Assembly: GCA_951406725.2 (NCBI GenBank)
Contig: OX597818.1
Span: 50,716,001-50,780,000 of the forward strand
Length of the DNA: 64,000 nt
Origin: Octopus vulgaris
Taxonomy: Eukaryota
Direction of reading: 5' to 3'
Shown here piece by piece: positions 12,207 through 26,248 of the stretch; positions within the stretch are counted from its first letter, which is position 1, and the number at the start of each line of letters is the position of its first letter. The position numbers were made by a program, and so were the translations under genes. The notes below the pieces were generated by a model, which was given only the letters and a program-made list of their open reading frames with translations, made no database searches and had not been told where the DNA came from.

Positions 12207-14016
12207 AGAAACCTACGCTTTGTAAAACAGCTACGTCGCTTTCCTTCTGGTCCTTTGTTCAACAAGAAGGCACTGTTTAGTTATATTTCATATTTGTTTA
12301 GTCAGTCTTCTTTCTCTTGTTTTTCTTCTTTTTTTCTGGTGAGCTGATATATGTTTAGTGTTTCTCTCTGCCTTGTTAAATTTGCAAAACTTGCTTCTCT
12401 TATTAAAGTTACCATTACCTTTTACATTTATATTTGTTTCAGTTTTTACAGTTGCCTACTTGTTCAGCTATCCCAATTTTTTTCTATTTGTTTTATTTTT
12501 CTAATCTGCATTTTTAATAACGAAATTTACGCAATTTATATTTTTTCCTGAAATTTTCTGGTCCATATCCAATCTCACCAGGTTTGTAACAAGCATCACT
12601 TCCGCTCCGGAAGAGAAAAACCTTATTAATATTTACATCGTATCTCAATTGACTAAACCTATTTTTCCACCACAAGCTAACGGAATAGACATCTAAATCA
12701 CTCAATACGCTTTGGTAGCAAAATTATTCACACAGAGTAAAAGGTAATTAAATTTTATCCAGTGCCGAAATCTATTCAACGCAAAACAACACGAAAAAAC
12801 AACAGAATCAGCAGCAATAACAACAACAACAATGAGAATAACGGTTTCTGATTTACGCACAATGCCTGCACATTTGAGGAGAGGGTACTATCTGATGCCA
12901 TCGATCTCAGTATTCAATTGGTACTTTATTTTATCGAGCCCTGAAAAGATGGAAAGTAAATTTGACTTCAGTGAAATTGAACTCGACACATGTAGCTCTA
13001 TAACGCAAGACATTATGGCATATAATGCGCTGCTGTTTCTACCATTCTCCTACCAAACTTAAATGTCGTTTGTATGAAAGCAAAGCAAGATCAGAAAAAT
13101 TATATCCTGACAATTTGTATGCTGATTCCGAAATTTGACACATAACACGCATATATCAGATAACACAGAAAGCCGTCAGGAGAAAATAAAATAATCATTA
13201 CTATAGAGATTTTCAAGAACCTTAAGGGGGGAAGATCCTGTTTAAGTCTTCTCATAATTCCGTAAATATTTACGTATACATCACTAGAGAAAAGGAGAGA
13301 AAACATGACCAGCATTTGAATGTAGAAATTTTCACGCCGACAAAAATAATCAATAAAGAACTTTAAAGACTTGCTATTGTAAGTCGTGTCACACTAGCTT
13401 TACTGCTTGGATCGTCTTTTCCAGTTAATTTTCTTTCGAGACGCCTGACTCGGTCTGTTGGATATTGTCTCTTCTAAGTTTCCTATCTATGCGCAGGCCA
13501 TTTTAATTCTATTTAGCTAATGTTCTATCGTATCGATTCTTTATCTATACCTATCGTTTTATTTATTTTATATCACACAAAATAACACACCGGTGAGAGA
13601 AAGGCGATCGAAAAGATCAAAATGTTAATACAGTTTAGAACGGATATCATTATTATTTTGTCGCCTGTCTGTGTTAGGGTTGACCTGTGGGCATCGTTAG
13701 TTAATGACTATCAACGATTTCACAAGTAGCTGACTTTGAGAGATATTAAAGCTACTGATGGTATAGATATAGAATTATTTTATACATTCCTGATAACTAG
13801 TCTAACATCTCATTACTTGCAAATTTAAATTCTACATAAGAATTGTGCAGGCAATGACATAGGCTAATGACAGAGCTTCTACGTGCTGATCGAATCGCTT
13901 AGAAATAACTAACCTTTTCTCCACCCACTCTTCTTTCTCACCCTTTCTCTCTCTATGTCTCGCTCTCTCCTTTAAGTGCTAGTTACTGCCTTTCAGTAAG
14001 TGAATGGTATATTGGT

Positions 14017-14407
14017 GTAGAGGCGCAATGGCCCAGTGGTTATGGCAACGGACTCGCGGTCATAGGATCGTGGTTTCGATCCCCAGACCGGGCGTTGTGA
14101 GTGTTTATTGAGCGAAAACACCTAAAAGCTCCACGACGCTCCGGCAGTGGATGGTGGTGATCCCTGCTGTACTCTTTCACCACAACTTTCTCTCACTCTT
14201 ACTTCCTGTTTCTGTTGTACCTGTATTTCAAGGGGCCGGCCTTGTCACTCTCTGTGTCACGCTGAATATCCCCGAGAACTACGTTAAGGGTGCACGTGTC
14301 TGTGGAGTGCTCAGTCACTTACACGTTAATTTCACGAGCAGGCTGTTCCGTTGATTCGGATCAACCGGAACTCTCATCGTCGTAACCGACGGAGTGCTTT
14401 CATCCCA
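14017..14407 (+). mobile_element. Full-length tRNA-derived SINE with 10-bp TSD
   Basis: A box tggcccagtgg, B box gtttcgatccc; TSD gtatattggt at 14007-14016 and 14408-14417; inverted copy at 53484-53836. Confidence 0.88.
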
Positions 14408-14830
14408 GTATATTGGTAATATATGGTGATTGTGAGAAGAAACCATACCTATACATCATTCATAGCTTGGATACTTTTGACTATATGTTATTCAGTTCAG
14501 TCAGACCTAAAACATAAAACGAAACCAAGAAAAGACGACAGTTTGAAATTAGAAAAATATCTTGTCAGAGTTACTGCGTAGCATGATTTGAATAATTATT
14601 ATTGCACCATTGATTAAAATACCTGTTAGAAAAAAAAATAATATCCGTTTATAATTAATCTTCGCTAACGTTTTTTTGTGGTTAATTAAACTAATGGAAA
14701 CTGGCAATAATTAATTATAATGATTATAATGATGGCACTCAAATTTAAAATTGACATTAAGTGTCAAAACAGAAGTGTAAAGATATAATGCAAATACATA
14801 TAGAAGTACTATGCGCGCACACACACAAGC

Positions 14831-14931
<101 letters not shown>

Positions 14932-15335
14932 CAGATTTGCAAAAAAAAACGTAAGAACAACAAGCAGGTGTATTAGTTTAACACTCGGGAAAAATGGAAA
15001 AGCCTTTTACGCTTCGAGTCTACGCTCTTCGACGGAGAGGAATAAGAGGAAAAATGGAGACATGTATATGTATTTTATGTGTGTGTATAAAACTGTCCGA
15101 AGAACGGGAACGTGAAACTCTGAGTGACATCTTTTGTTATATTTCTGTTGCTTTATTATTATTAGCCTTCCCAAGACACAATAAGATTTATTTCAACACA
15201 TGAATTCACAGCGAGTATCTTGCGAACCAATTACAAAAACGAAATATATATATATATACATATATAACATATATGTATGTGTCTGCATGTACGTACATAT
15301 ATATATACATACATGCATACGTACACACACACATA

Positions 15336-15367
<32 letters not shown>

Positions 15368-15686
15368 TTTATATATATATATATATATATACTGCATTCC
15401 ACATTATTAGGCAAATCAAACCTTCTCTCTGTAAATAAATGTGTTCAAAACCGGCTGTTTTCCCACTGAATGTTGGCAACACCTATCTGGGCACATTATG
15501 TTAAAATAAATTGGATCTGCGCAGACCCAAAGAAACGGCGGCTATTATCGTGTAACAGCAAAATTTCTGCTGTCCCAAATTATTAAGCAGGTGTCCAATT
15601 TAAGTGTCATTATGGGTCAGAAACTTGATCTTACCTCGAATGAGGTACCATTGTGTCAGAGCTTGGAAAAGGAAGAACAACCGTAG

Positions 15687-16031
15687 GAATTAGAAAATTA
15701 CTATTTTTTAAATCTCACAACGTGAGAATTTCAGCAACAGTACTTTGGAGTAAAAGTTATTTGCCAACATAACATGGCATTCCTGGTTTAGGACGAATGT
15801 TGCTGTAATTTAGCCCATGGAGACATCATCACCAGCTGGCTATACGACACGATCGCGATACACAGATATTGTTTTGAGCTGAGTTGGGGTGCTAGATTCC
15901 CTTGTTCGAAAATGTAAGGACACAGATCGTATCGTATAGCCAGCTGGAGACGATGTCGCCTGGGGCTAAATTACAGCAACATTCGTCCTAAAGCAGAACT
16001 GCCATGTCATGTTGGCAAACAACCTTTACTC
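15687..16031. mobile_element. Foldback insert (tail plus ~110-bp inverted arms) with 9-bp TSD inside the Tc1 ORF
   Basis: Arms 15745-15854 / 15925-16034; caaccgtag at 15678-15686 and 16032-16040; a one-armed relative lies at 59340-59505. Confidence 0.8.
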
Positions 16032-16420
16032 CAACCGTAGAAATATCAAAAATACTGGGAAGAGATCACCTAACAGTGAAGAAATTTGTGCAGTCTCCTA
16101 TTTCTTTTCGGCCGAGGGCAGATAAGGGTAAGTCGAGGGTTGCTTTGAACCGTACTTTGTCACATGTGAAAAGAGAAGTTGTGCAGAATCCATGTCTGAC
16201 AAGTGGAGAAGGCTTCAAACGTTGTGGCAGGGAAAACGTATCGAAAACCACCAGGTGTCGCCTCTTGAAGCAGGTAGCCAAGAATGTTAAACTCGTTACA
16301 AGGCCCTTTCTGAAGGCTATTCATAAGCAGAAGAGACTGAAATTGGCAGAAGAATACTTGGAGATAGATTTATCAACAGTTCTATTCACTGACGAATGCA
16401 GTGTTACCCTTGACGGACCA

Positions 16421-16950
16421 GATGGCTGGAGTGAAGATTGGGTATCAATCAGAGGGAACCGTCCTCATAGTTTTGATACGCCAGCGGGGGAGAGGAGGGG
16501 TCATTTTGGGGGCTGACCCGTCCCATGCAGCGATGAATTCTAGGGAATACCTGCAGCAAATAGGCTTCTCTGGAGGTCGGTTGATGGAGTGGCCACCTTG
16601 TTCCACTGATGGCTGAAGTAAAGATTGGGGATCAATCAGAGGGAACCGTCCTCATAGTTTGAGACGCTAACAGGGCAGAGGAGGAGTCATTTTGGGGGCT
16701 GAACCGTCTCATGCATCCAATAATTCTAAGGAATACCCGCAGAAAATAGGCTTCTCTGGAGGTCGTTTGATGGAGTGAACACCTTGTTCCACTGATGGCT
16801 GGAATGAAGATTGGGTATCAATCAGAGGGAACCGTCCTCATAGTTTAAGACGCCAACAAGGCAGAGGAGGGGTCATTTTGGGGGCTGACCTGTCTCATGC
16901 AGCGAAGAATTCTAAGGAATACCTGCAGCAAATAGGATTCTATGGAGGTC
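16421..16950 (+). repeat. Tandem triplication (~186-bp unit) of a deletion-fused Tc1 transposase segment
   Basis: Units start gatggctg at ~16421, 16608 and 16794. Confidence 0.9.
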
Positions 16951-17216
16951 GTTCCGCTGACTTAAAACCGATCGAGAGTGTCCTGAAAAGGCGCATTTAC
17001 CAAGATGGACGACAGTTTTCAAGTAAAATTGCTCCTGGGATGTTATTGTAGATGCTGCTCAAAGCATGACACAAGAGGATATCATCACCTTGACAGATTC
17101 AATGGATCAGCGCGTAAGAAAGGTTATTGCATGTGGAGGATCATACATCAGACATTAGGTGCTGTATGACATCACAATGCCATGATTATTTTCATTCGAA
17201 CGTATTATGTTTACCA

Positions 17217-17393
17217 TTAAGCCCTTTATGAATACACAAAAGCCGTTCGATTCACTTCAACATTTAAGTTTAAATGCAGCACGGATTTTTGTCAGTGAAC
17301 ATGTCGCGGATTTTAGCAACGAAAATATTTTGACAAATTAAACTTAAATGTTGAAGTGAATCGAACGGCTTTTGTGTGTTTCTTAAATGGATT
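17217..17393. mobile_element. MITE / foldback element nested in Tc1
   Basis: Inverted arms cacaaaagccgttcgattcacttcaacatttaagtttaa / ttaaacttaaatgttgaagtgaatcgaacggcttttgtg; TA ends. Confidence 0.75.
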
Positions 17394-18784
17394 ACAAACA
17401 CCTTCCTTTATGAATAGTTGTTTTATTAAACGTTCAGTGTTGAATGTTTATTCTGACAAAATGTCTGCGCAGATCCGATTTATTTTAACAGAATGTGCGC
17501 AGATAGATGTTGCCAACAGTCAGTGGGAAAACAACTGGTTTTGAACGAATATACATTTATTTATTGAAAGAATGTTGATTTGCCTAATAATGTGGGACGT
17601 GGTGTATACATACATGTGTATGCAGTATATTTGAGTGTGTGGAAAGTTTAGTTACAATGAGAAAGTTGAAAGTGATTGTAATAGCGAGTTAGATAATAGC
17701 GAACGAAAATATCAATTTATGTAGATCTGTTCACGCGTCTGTCTGTCTGTTTGTCAATCCATCTATTTATATGTATTAAATGTATAAACACTCACTCACT
17801 CACACACATGTGTATATACACAGTCATAAATATGGATATATGTATATTTGTAAATATGTATTTAAATCTGTATTGTCAATATAGTTTGCTAACATTTTTC
17901 GTTTCAAAAATAAATTGTAATTCCACTCAAGAAAAACAAGTGAAATCAACTAAGTGGCTTCCGAGAGTTACAGCAAGTTGTGCTTACAAAGATTGAGAGA
18001 ATGAAATATCAACAAGCAACGAGTCTCAGAACAGCATGTTTGTATTAAAATATGCAGATGACAATCTTGAACTCAGCTGTAACTCTGCAGTTATTCCCAG
18101 AACCTGTCGAAATCAATTGAAATAAGATTTGAACATCCTTTTACGAACATGTCTTCCTCAATACAATTATGTGTGTATCTGCGCTCGTTATGAACTTGCA
18201 CCTGTGCATAACAACATACACACACTTATACGCACGCATATATACTCAAATAGATATATACATATATGTATATGCGTGTGTACATACATGCATACATGCA
18301 TACATACATACATACATATATATATATATAAAATTAGAAATAAAACACCTTTTATCAATTCAAAATGATAAATTTCTAAATTGAATTTTTTTCCCTGTAA
18401 GTTTGGATTTATATTCCCTCAAATAATAATAATAATTATTAGTATTATTATACATATATATATATAGTTATATATATATATATATTATATATATATTTAT
18501 ATATATATTTATAAAAAAGAAGTTTGAAAACGCCACAATATATGATAAATTTTAATTTTCTGAGAGATTTTATATGTTTCGGTTCTTCTTGAAAAAACGA
18601 ACCTTATCAAAAATATATATTTTTAAAAGTTAAGTGTAATAAAAGAAAAGTTCATAATTATTTATTACTAGTCTCGACAGAGTTCAAGTGGTGGTGTTTT
18701 TTTGTGTTGGAACATAATGGCTGTCATGTGCGTTGACTAGAATCGTTGGCTGTAATAATAATGATGATGATAATAATAATGATG

Positions 18785-18884
<100 letters not shown>

Positions 18885-18904
18885 CAACAACAACAACAAC
18901 AACA

Positions 18905-19412
18905 CTGGAAAAGATGATGGACGAAAAGGGTAAAGGCAAAAGTTCTCTGAGACTTTTACTTCCTGACAGACAAGGGGTTGGAGCACCGAAGGCCGGATAT
19001 AGTAACTTTTAGGAGGGACAAACAAGAGTACCTAATAAGTGACGTAGCAGTGCCAGGAGATCAACATATCATCATGAAAGAAAGAGAACAGGTTGATGAA
19101 TATGGAGACCTGAGAATTGAGATTGCTAAGATGTGGCAGCTATGAGAGTCGAACATAAAGGTTATCCCTATTGTCATCGGAGCATTGAGTTCGATACCAC
19201 TCAATCTGAAAAAAAAAAACATCTGTAAACCTTAGAGATACCTTACAATTTAGATGTATTGCAAAAGTTGGCATTACTTGGAACTGCACGCATATTGTGT
19301 AAAGTACTGTTTGTCTGAGATCCTTGTTGTGACTTGACAAACAGTACAAACCCCCCAACAGACACAATATCTTCAATCAACAACCTCACGATATTGTATA
19401 TTGTGCGACGTC
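18905..19412 (+). mobile_element. Dong/R4-like LINE 3' fragment inserted in (TAA)n
   Basis: EYGDLRIEIAKMW..KVIPIVIGALSSIP..LQKLALLGTARIL, the RLE C-terminus typical of the R4 clade; (TAA)n/(CAA)n upstream and (TAA)n downstream. Confidence 0.8.
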
Positions 19413-19427
19413 TATAATAATAATAAT

Positions 19428-20040
<613 letters not shown>

Positions 20041-20508
20041 GGAATTTTGATAGAATAAGGTACTTAAAGAATATGCACCAGGTAGGTTTGGATAAACCTG
20101 TGGTCACCACCTATGGTCGATTAGATATACAGTAGGATATTCAGGTAGTGCACAGAGATAAAACCACTCGTACGCCTAGGGGCAGGTCCAAAGTTCATGT
20201 TGTGTTGATCATACGTTGTTTGGTATACTCCAGGGTGTCCGACGTATCATTAATCCTTATGGTGAATTATAAGCAAATGAATAACAACTAATCAATAACC
20301 TTATATATATATATATATAATTTATATTACAAATAAGAAAATGGAGAAACAATTTACTTGGTATATCCGCTTTAGGATATTAGAATGTTAACTTATTTAT
20401 TTAACAAAACGAGAACCATAATAACATACAAATATACATTAAAATTCAATACATATAAGACAAGAATACAATTTAAAAAACCTTAATATAAATTATTGTA
20501 ATCATTAA

Positions 20509-20634
20509 AATCACTTACAGCTGTTTCAGCGTTTGGAAAAAGTAATTTGTTATGCTCAAACAAGTCAATTTATTGAGGTTGTAGGCAGTTAAAAATGAAG
20601 TACTTATATATTTCCATCGGCCTCGTCAGAGATT
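20509..20634 (-). ncRNA. Type I hammerhead ribozyme motif with long stem II, in a (TA)n-flanked pLTR-like insert (~20320-20690)
   Basis: Minus strand: aatct CTGACGA ggc...tggaaa...tttcca...gct GAAAC agct GTA ag[tg]att; palindromic stem III ACAGCTGT. Confidence 0.65.
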
Positions 20635-20687
20635 ATAAAGTACATTCAAGATATAAATATATACATGAAACACGATACACGTACAAA

Positions 20688-20721
<34 letters not shown>

Positions 20722-21009
20722 CAAATATATACACTATACATGTATATAAACATATAAATAGACATAATTAAACATACGTACAAACATATAGACAATTATT
20801 CATACATATATACATATATACATATATATATATACACACACATACTGGAGCGCAACATACACGTCCATGTTTATGAGTTTATAAATAATATTTAATTATT
20901 ACTAATATGATTATTATTATTATTATTATAATTATCATTATTATTATTATTATTATTATTACTATTATTATTATTATTATCATTATTATTATCATTATCA
21001 TTATTATTA

Positions 21010-21099
<90 letters not shown>

Positions 21100-21839
21100 G
21101 TTTCTGTGCTATCTTCATTTCACAATACACAGTATAGGAGATTCAAATATATAGTATACCATAATACAATAAACAGACATATGTGATAGATGTAATCTTA
21201 TTAATTTTAAAAACATAGTCAATATATTCATACATCATAATATCATAACAGTTATACTAGAGTTACTGTATTATAATTCATCATACACATAAATACATGC
21301 GTGGGTGCAACAAATAGATGTAAATACATATATATTCCTACATACAAATACACACACATATTTATATGAGATTTCATTTCCTTTACATCTTAACGAAAGT
21401 ATATAATTTCACAGAGTATTGTGTAATAAAAGATCGTGTATTAAGGGATAAGAGATAGACTATATTATTTTTGTTATTCGTTATTTATTAATATTTTAGT
21501 AGTTTAAATCTATCGGTGATTGGGGAGCGATTATTTTTAATCGTATGCTAAATCTAATTGGTTAACAAATTTGAATTCCTTTGTCTTAGTTACGGTTGGT
21601 TGATTGAAAACCGAATGAGTAAAACTAATTGTAAACATATCATGAATAATAGAAAAAGTTACTAATATTTATATATACATAATTTACGTATCAATACACA
21701 CACACACACACACACACACACAATTTATCAATGCAGCGTATATATATAAGTTCAGCAAAATTTAGATTCAAATGAATATGGTACTTAAGTTAGATGCACC
21801 AGAATTTTGTGCGGTATTATCCATATAAATCCATGGGGT

Positions 21840-22001
21840 GATTATAATCAAAGTAAGTAACAAGAATAACACCGGTAATTTGGTACGATCGTTTCGCACA
21901 TCATTTTATTAAATGTTGTAAGTATTACAACAGTTTTAAAATGCTTTTAAAACTGTTGTAATACTTACAAATTACCGAAGTTATTCTTGTTGCTTATTTT
22001 G

Positions 22002-22005
<4 letters not shown>
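21840..22005. repeat. Nested inverted repeats with the 3' half of a hammerhead, next to (TA)n
   Basis: Perfect hairpin tgtaagtattacaacagttttaaaa-tgc-ttttaaaactgttgtaatacttaca; outer arms 21842-21881 / 21969-22006; minus-strand GAAAC gatc GTA at ~21882-21897. Confidence 0.7.
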
Positions 22006-22052
<47 letters not shown>

Positions 22053-22086
22053 ATATGTGTGCATATGTGTATATATATATATATGC

Positions 22087-22168
<82 letters not shown>

Positions 22169-22779
22169 ATATATGGAGGGCATTATTACACATAAATGCT
22201 ACACGCTAGGCGGGACACTTGAAATCAAAACTACTAAATAAACATATCGTACCGAATGCAAGTAGAAGATACTTGCCCAAGGTGCCACGCAGTGGGACTG
22301 AACCCGGAACTAAGTGGATGGTACACACAGCCACTCCTGCGCCTTGATATTATTATATTTGTAGGCAATATAACAAATACAGCAAAGAGTTCACGATTTC
22401 AAAATGCTCGGTAAATATATTTAATACAGTTGTCAGAAGGCACTAGAATTCCATTATTTTAAGTTTCATGATAAAAACAAAACAGTTCTGATATGTATTC
22501 TTGCTAAAGAACTTTTTTCAATGTTCGTTTGAAATAGTGAAATAGTTCTTTCCTGTGATACCATATGCGGTTTGCCCTTTGGTGAATTAAGTCTTAAATG
22601 AATTGTCTTTCGTTATGTACTTACACATTTTTCACTCGTAGTTGATGTCCTGTTCTAAATTTGTGCGTCTTCTTTTTGGTATTTTGTCCTGATACCATGA
22701 GTTGAGGTGATGTCTTCTAGTGCCTTCAAATTTAATACACAATTATTAATGATTGAGACGCAATTATTTATAATTGTAG

Positions 22780-22878
22780 AGTCCTACGCTGAGGAGGAAA
22801 ATAGTTAGATAAGACATAATTATTTAATTTTTATGCTTTCCTATGGCTTAATTCCGAAACGTACGTCCGTAGGTGACT
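22780..22878 (+). ncRNA. Type I hammerhead ribozyme motif
   Basis: Stem I agtcctacg / cgtagg[tg]act; core CTGAGGA 22789-22795; stem II ggaa/ttcc enclosing ~52 nt; GAAAC gtac GTC with palindromic stem III; predicted cleavage after 22867. Confidence 0.8.
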
Positions 22879-23358
22879 TAATGTAGAATGATTATCGTCA
22901 TTTCTTTATCTTTTGCCTGCGTTGTTTGCCTTTTAAGTGCTATGGTTTTACTGGGATCTCCCTTTTAAGTAGAAAGAATAGCCATAACTCTTTGACTGCT
23001 ATTTCTAAATTCGGTGTGTGGTGAGGCAAATCGTTGCTAAACCCTTAATTACTTAGTATTACTATATATATATATATATATATATATAAATATATATAAA
23101 TATATATGTGTGTGTGTGTGTGTGAGTGTGTGAGTCTGTCTGTGAATGTATGTATGCATTTATGTATGCATGTATGTATGTGTGTATGTATGCATGTACG
23201 TTTGCATGTGTGCGTATGTGTATGTGCGTGCATATGTGCGTATATATAAATATATTTAGCTCTTTCTCTCCTCAAAGGGACGAAATCGCTAAATGAATAG
23301 TTTTATCCAAATCCTATCTCCTATTCTCGACAGTTTTGTATCTATCCATACATGCATG

Positions 23359-23414
<56 letters not shown>

Positions 23415-23519
23415 CATATATATATATACACATGCATAAATATGTATATATTTATATATGTGCGTGTGCTTGTGTGTATGTGTATACGTGCTTGCGTGTG
23501 TAGCTGGCCATCTTTTTAC

Positions 23520-23585
<66 letters not shown>

Positions 23586-24229
23586 TTATCTATCTATCTC
23601 TAATGTATAGGACTGAAATTACTATAAGACCCTAAAGAATAAATGTAAGGTCAACGTTTCAAAATGTTTGGGGACAGCTTTAGATTGGCTCAAACGTTTC
23701 AATTCATTTCAAAAACTAAATTTCTTTCTGGAGGATATTCTCGTTTGTATGTTGAATAAACCTCGGTACACGTCTCAAAAGAAAGCCGCACGAAGCATCA
23801 GTTCAGATGTACTTCATTCAGAAAAGTAGGTCATCTAAATGTCTTGGAATGTAGTAATTATTTGTATGAAAGTGTTCTACCTTAAGCATTATGTCTTTAG
23901 CGAATATGAAGTGGTCCTTCATACATCGAGTTAAGTGTATCAGACGCCAATTTTGACTCAATAAAGGGTGGCAGTATATCACAGAAACAATATGGTAATG
24001 TTTGATAAGAACACTGATATTCTTAAAATTGGTTTTTAAGAATATCAGTGCCGGTTTGCTGCACCGATACATAGAAAGCTTTCATTGTGAAAATAACGGA
24101 AGAGGAAATTTTTCATTAAGCGAAAGAAGTAGTTGTGTTGGTATGCGTAAAATTTTGCTTGGGTATGATCCTTCAAATTATGGTTAATAACTGTGTCATA
24201 GAACCACAGTATTAAAAACTTATTTCAAA

Positions 24230-24623
24230 CTAGCAGTATCGCCCGGCGTTGCTCGGGTTTGTAAGGGAAATAATTATATAAGCATTTTTAGAGTGTTATA
24301 GCCAAAAAATAGCAAAAAAATGCATTTAAAATGGAAAAAAAATTATGGTAATTTCTTTTAAAAATCATCGACTCATCGTAGACATTTTTAGAGAGTTACT
24401 TCCCTTATATAATAGCGAAAAAATGCATTAAAATGGAAAAAAATTATGGTAATTTTTTTTAAATCGTAGACTCATCGTAGACGCGCGCTAATACCCAGAA
24501 GGGCTCGATATGAATCACGACTATAAGATACCCAGTTTTGGTTAAACTGCACCGCAAAATGTGGGAGTAGTTAGGAATCTAAATCGTAAGAGACAGACAC
24601 ACAACTTGACTTTTATATATAAA
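24230..24623 (-). mobile_element. Non-autonomous Helitron
   Basis: Minus-strand 3' end: hairpin cccgagcaacgccggg followed by CTAG|T; 5' end tttatatataaaag (TC appears mutated); same termini as 60005-60394; internal ~100-bp duplication. Confidence 0.8.
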
Positions 24624-24762
24624 TATGTGCACGTAGGAAGAGCATTCTATGAAATGCTGTGTTAGTGAGCTAAATTACGAGGTTATGGTTTCATCATGGA
24701 CCGCCATACAGTCCCGGGGATATACTGTATGTTGCTATCAGTCGTTATACGGAATATATATA

Positions 24763-25183
24763 TACTCTTTACTCTTTTACTCTTTTACTTGTTTCAGTAA
24801 TTTGACTGTGGCCATGCTGGAGCACCGCCTCTAGTCGAGCAAATCGACCCCAGGACTTATTCTTTGTAAGCCTTAGTACTTATTCTATCGGTCACTTTTG
24901 TCGAACCGCTAAGTTACGGGGAGGTAAACACACCAGCATCGGTTGTCAAGCGATGTTGGGGGACAAACACAGACACACTAACATATACACACACATATAT
25001 ACACACATATATATATATATACATATATACGACGGGCTTCTTTCAGTTTCCGTCTACCAAATCTACTCACAAGGCTTTGGTCGGTCCGAGGCTATAGTAG
25101 AAGAAACTTGCCCAAGTGTCACGCAGTGGGACTGAACCCGGAACCATGTTGTTGGTAAGCAAGTAACGTACCACACAACCACT
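24763..25183 (-). mobile_element. SINE family B
   Basis: Reverse complement of the 7267-7757 type, with internal microsatellite. Confidence 0.85.
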
Positions 25184-25184
25184 C

Positions 25185-25245
<61 letters not shown>

Positions 25246-25861
25246 CATATATATATACATATATACACATATATGCATATACATACGAACAAGGACTTAC
25301 GTATGTATATATCTATATAGGCAAAAATCACAAAGGTTACATGGATAAAATTACAACACAGAGTGAGACAAGTGAAATCACGTGCCAGAAAAGTATAAAG
25401 GAATAAAAATAAAAGCGAAAAACATTCTGAGGCCTTTCATGTGAACAGACGACTTTCTTCTGCTTTTTCTTTTTCTCTTTATTATTACTTTTTTTTTTGT
25501 GCAGTCGTAGATTTTTCCAGTTTTACCTTGCTTCTTAATTCCGTTTCTATCCTTTCTCTTGTTCTGATATAGAATATCAACCTCAACAGCAGATTGTATT
25601 CTGTTTTATCCCTTGAGCACGTTAAGGTTCATTGTACACAACCTTCCGCTTCTTTGTTGCTTTTCGTTTTATATTTCTGCGATTTCCAGGTTCATGCTTT
25701 CTCTTGTATGACTCTCCACAATATTTGCCGTTTCTGTTTCTTCTTTTGCTTCAAATTTTACTCCGGTTACCTGTCTTATTTAATTTATGTATATCCTTTC
25801 GCCAATACAGAGTTTTCGGCGCTACCTCGCATATTGGCTACACACACATATACGTATCCAT

Positions 25862-26037
<176 letters not shown>

Positions 26038-26144
26038 TTTATATATGTTATATATTATATATTATATATATATCATAACAGTAACGCTGGCTAGCATAAT
26101 GGAAAAGGATCTTTATTTGTATACTCAAAACGTTGCCATATACG

Positions 26145-26248
<104 letters not shown>

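Larger units (their letters stand above)
15391..17606 (+). mobile_element. Tc1-like transposon with ~135-bp TIRs, disrupted by nested inserts, a deletion and a triplication
   Basis: TIRs 15391-15526 / 17463-17606; transposase starts MGQKLDL at 15612 and continues ISKILGRDHLTVKKF...VLFTDECSVTLDGPDG; MEWPPCS and DLKPIE motifs. Confidence 0.9.

Noticed and set aside
14021-14090. tRNA gene
   Set aside because: It is a SINE head: continues into a repeated body, has a TSD and lacks a proper cloverleaf 3' end
16004-16516. Intact or domesticated transposase
   Set aside because: ORF start lies in a nested insert; catalytic domain deleted and frameshifted
18565-18615. Minus-strand hammerhead with ggttc/gaacc stem II
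   Set aside because: Core mutated (TTGATAA) and cleavage site unclear; relic only
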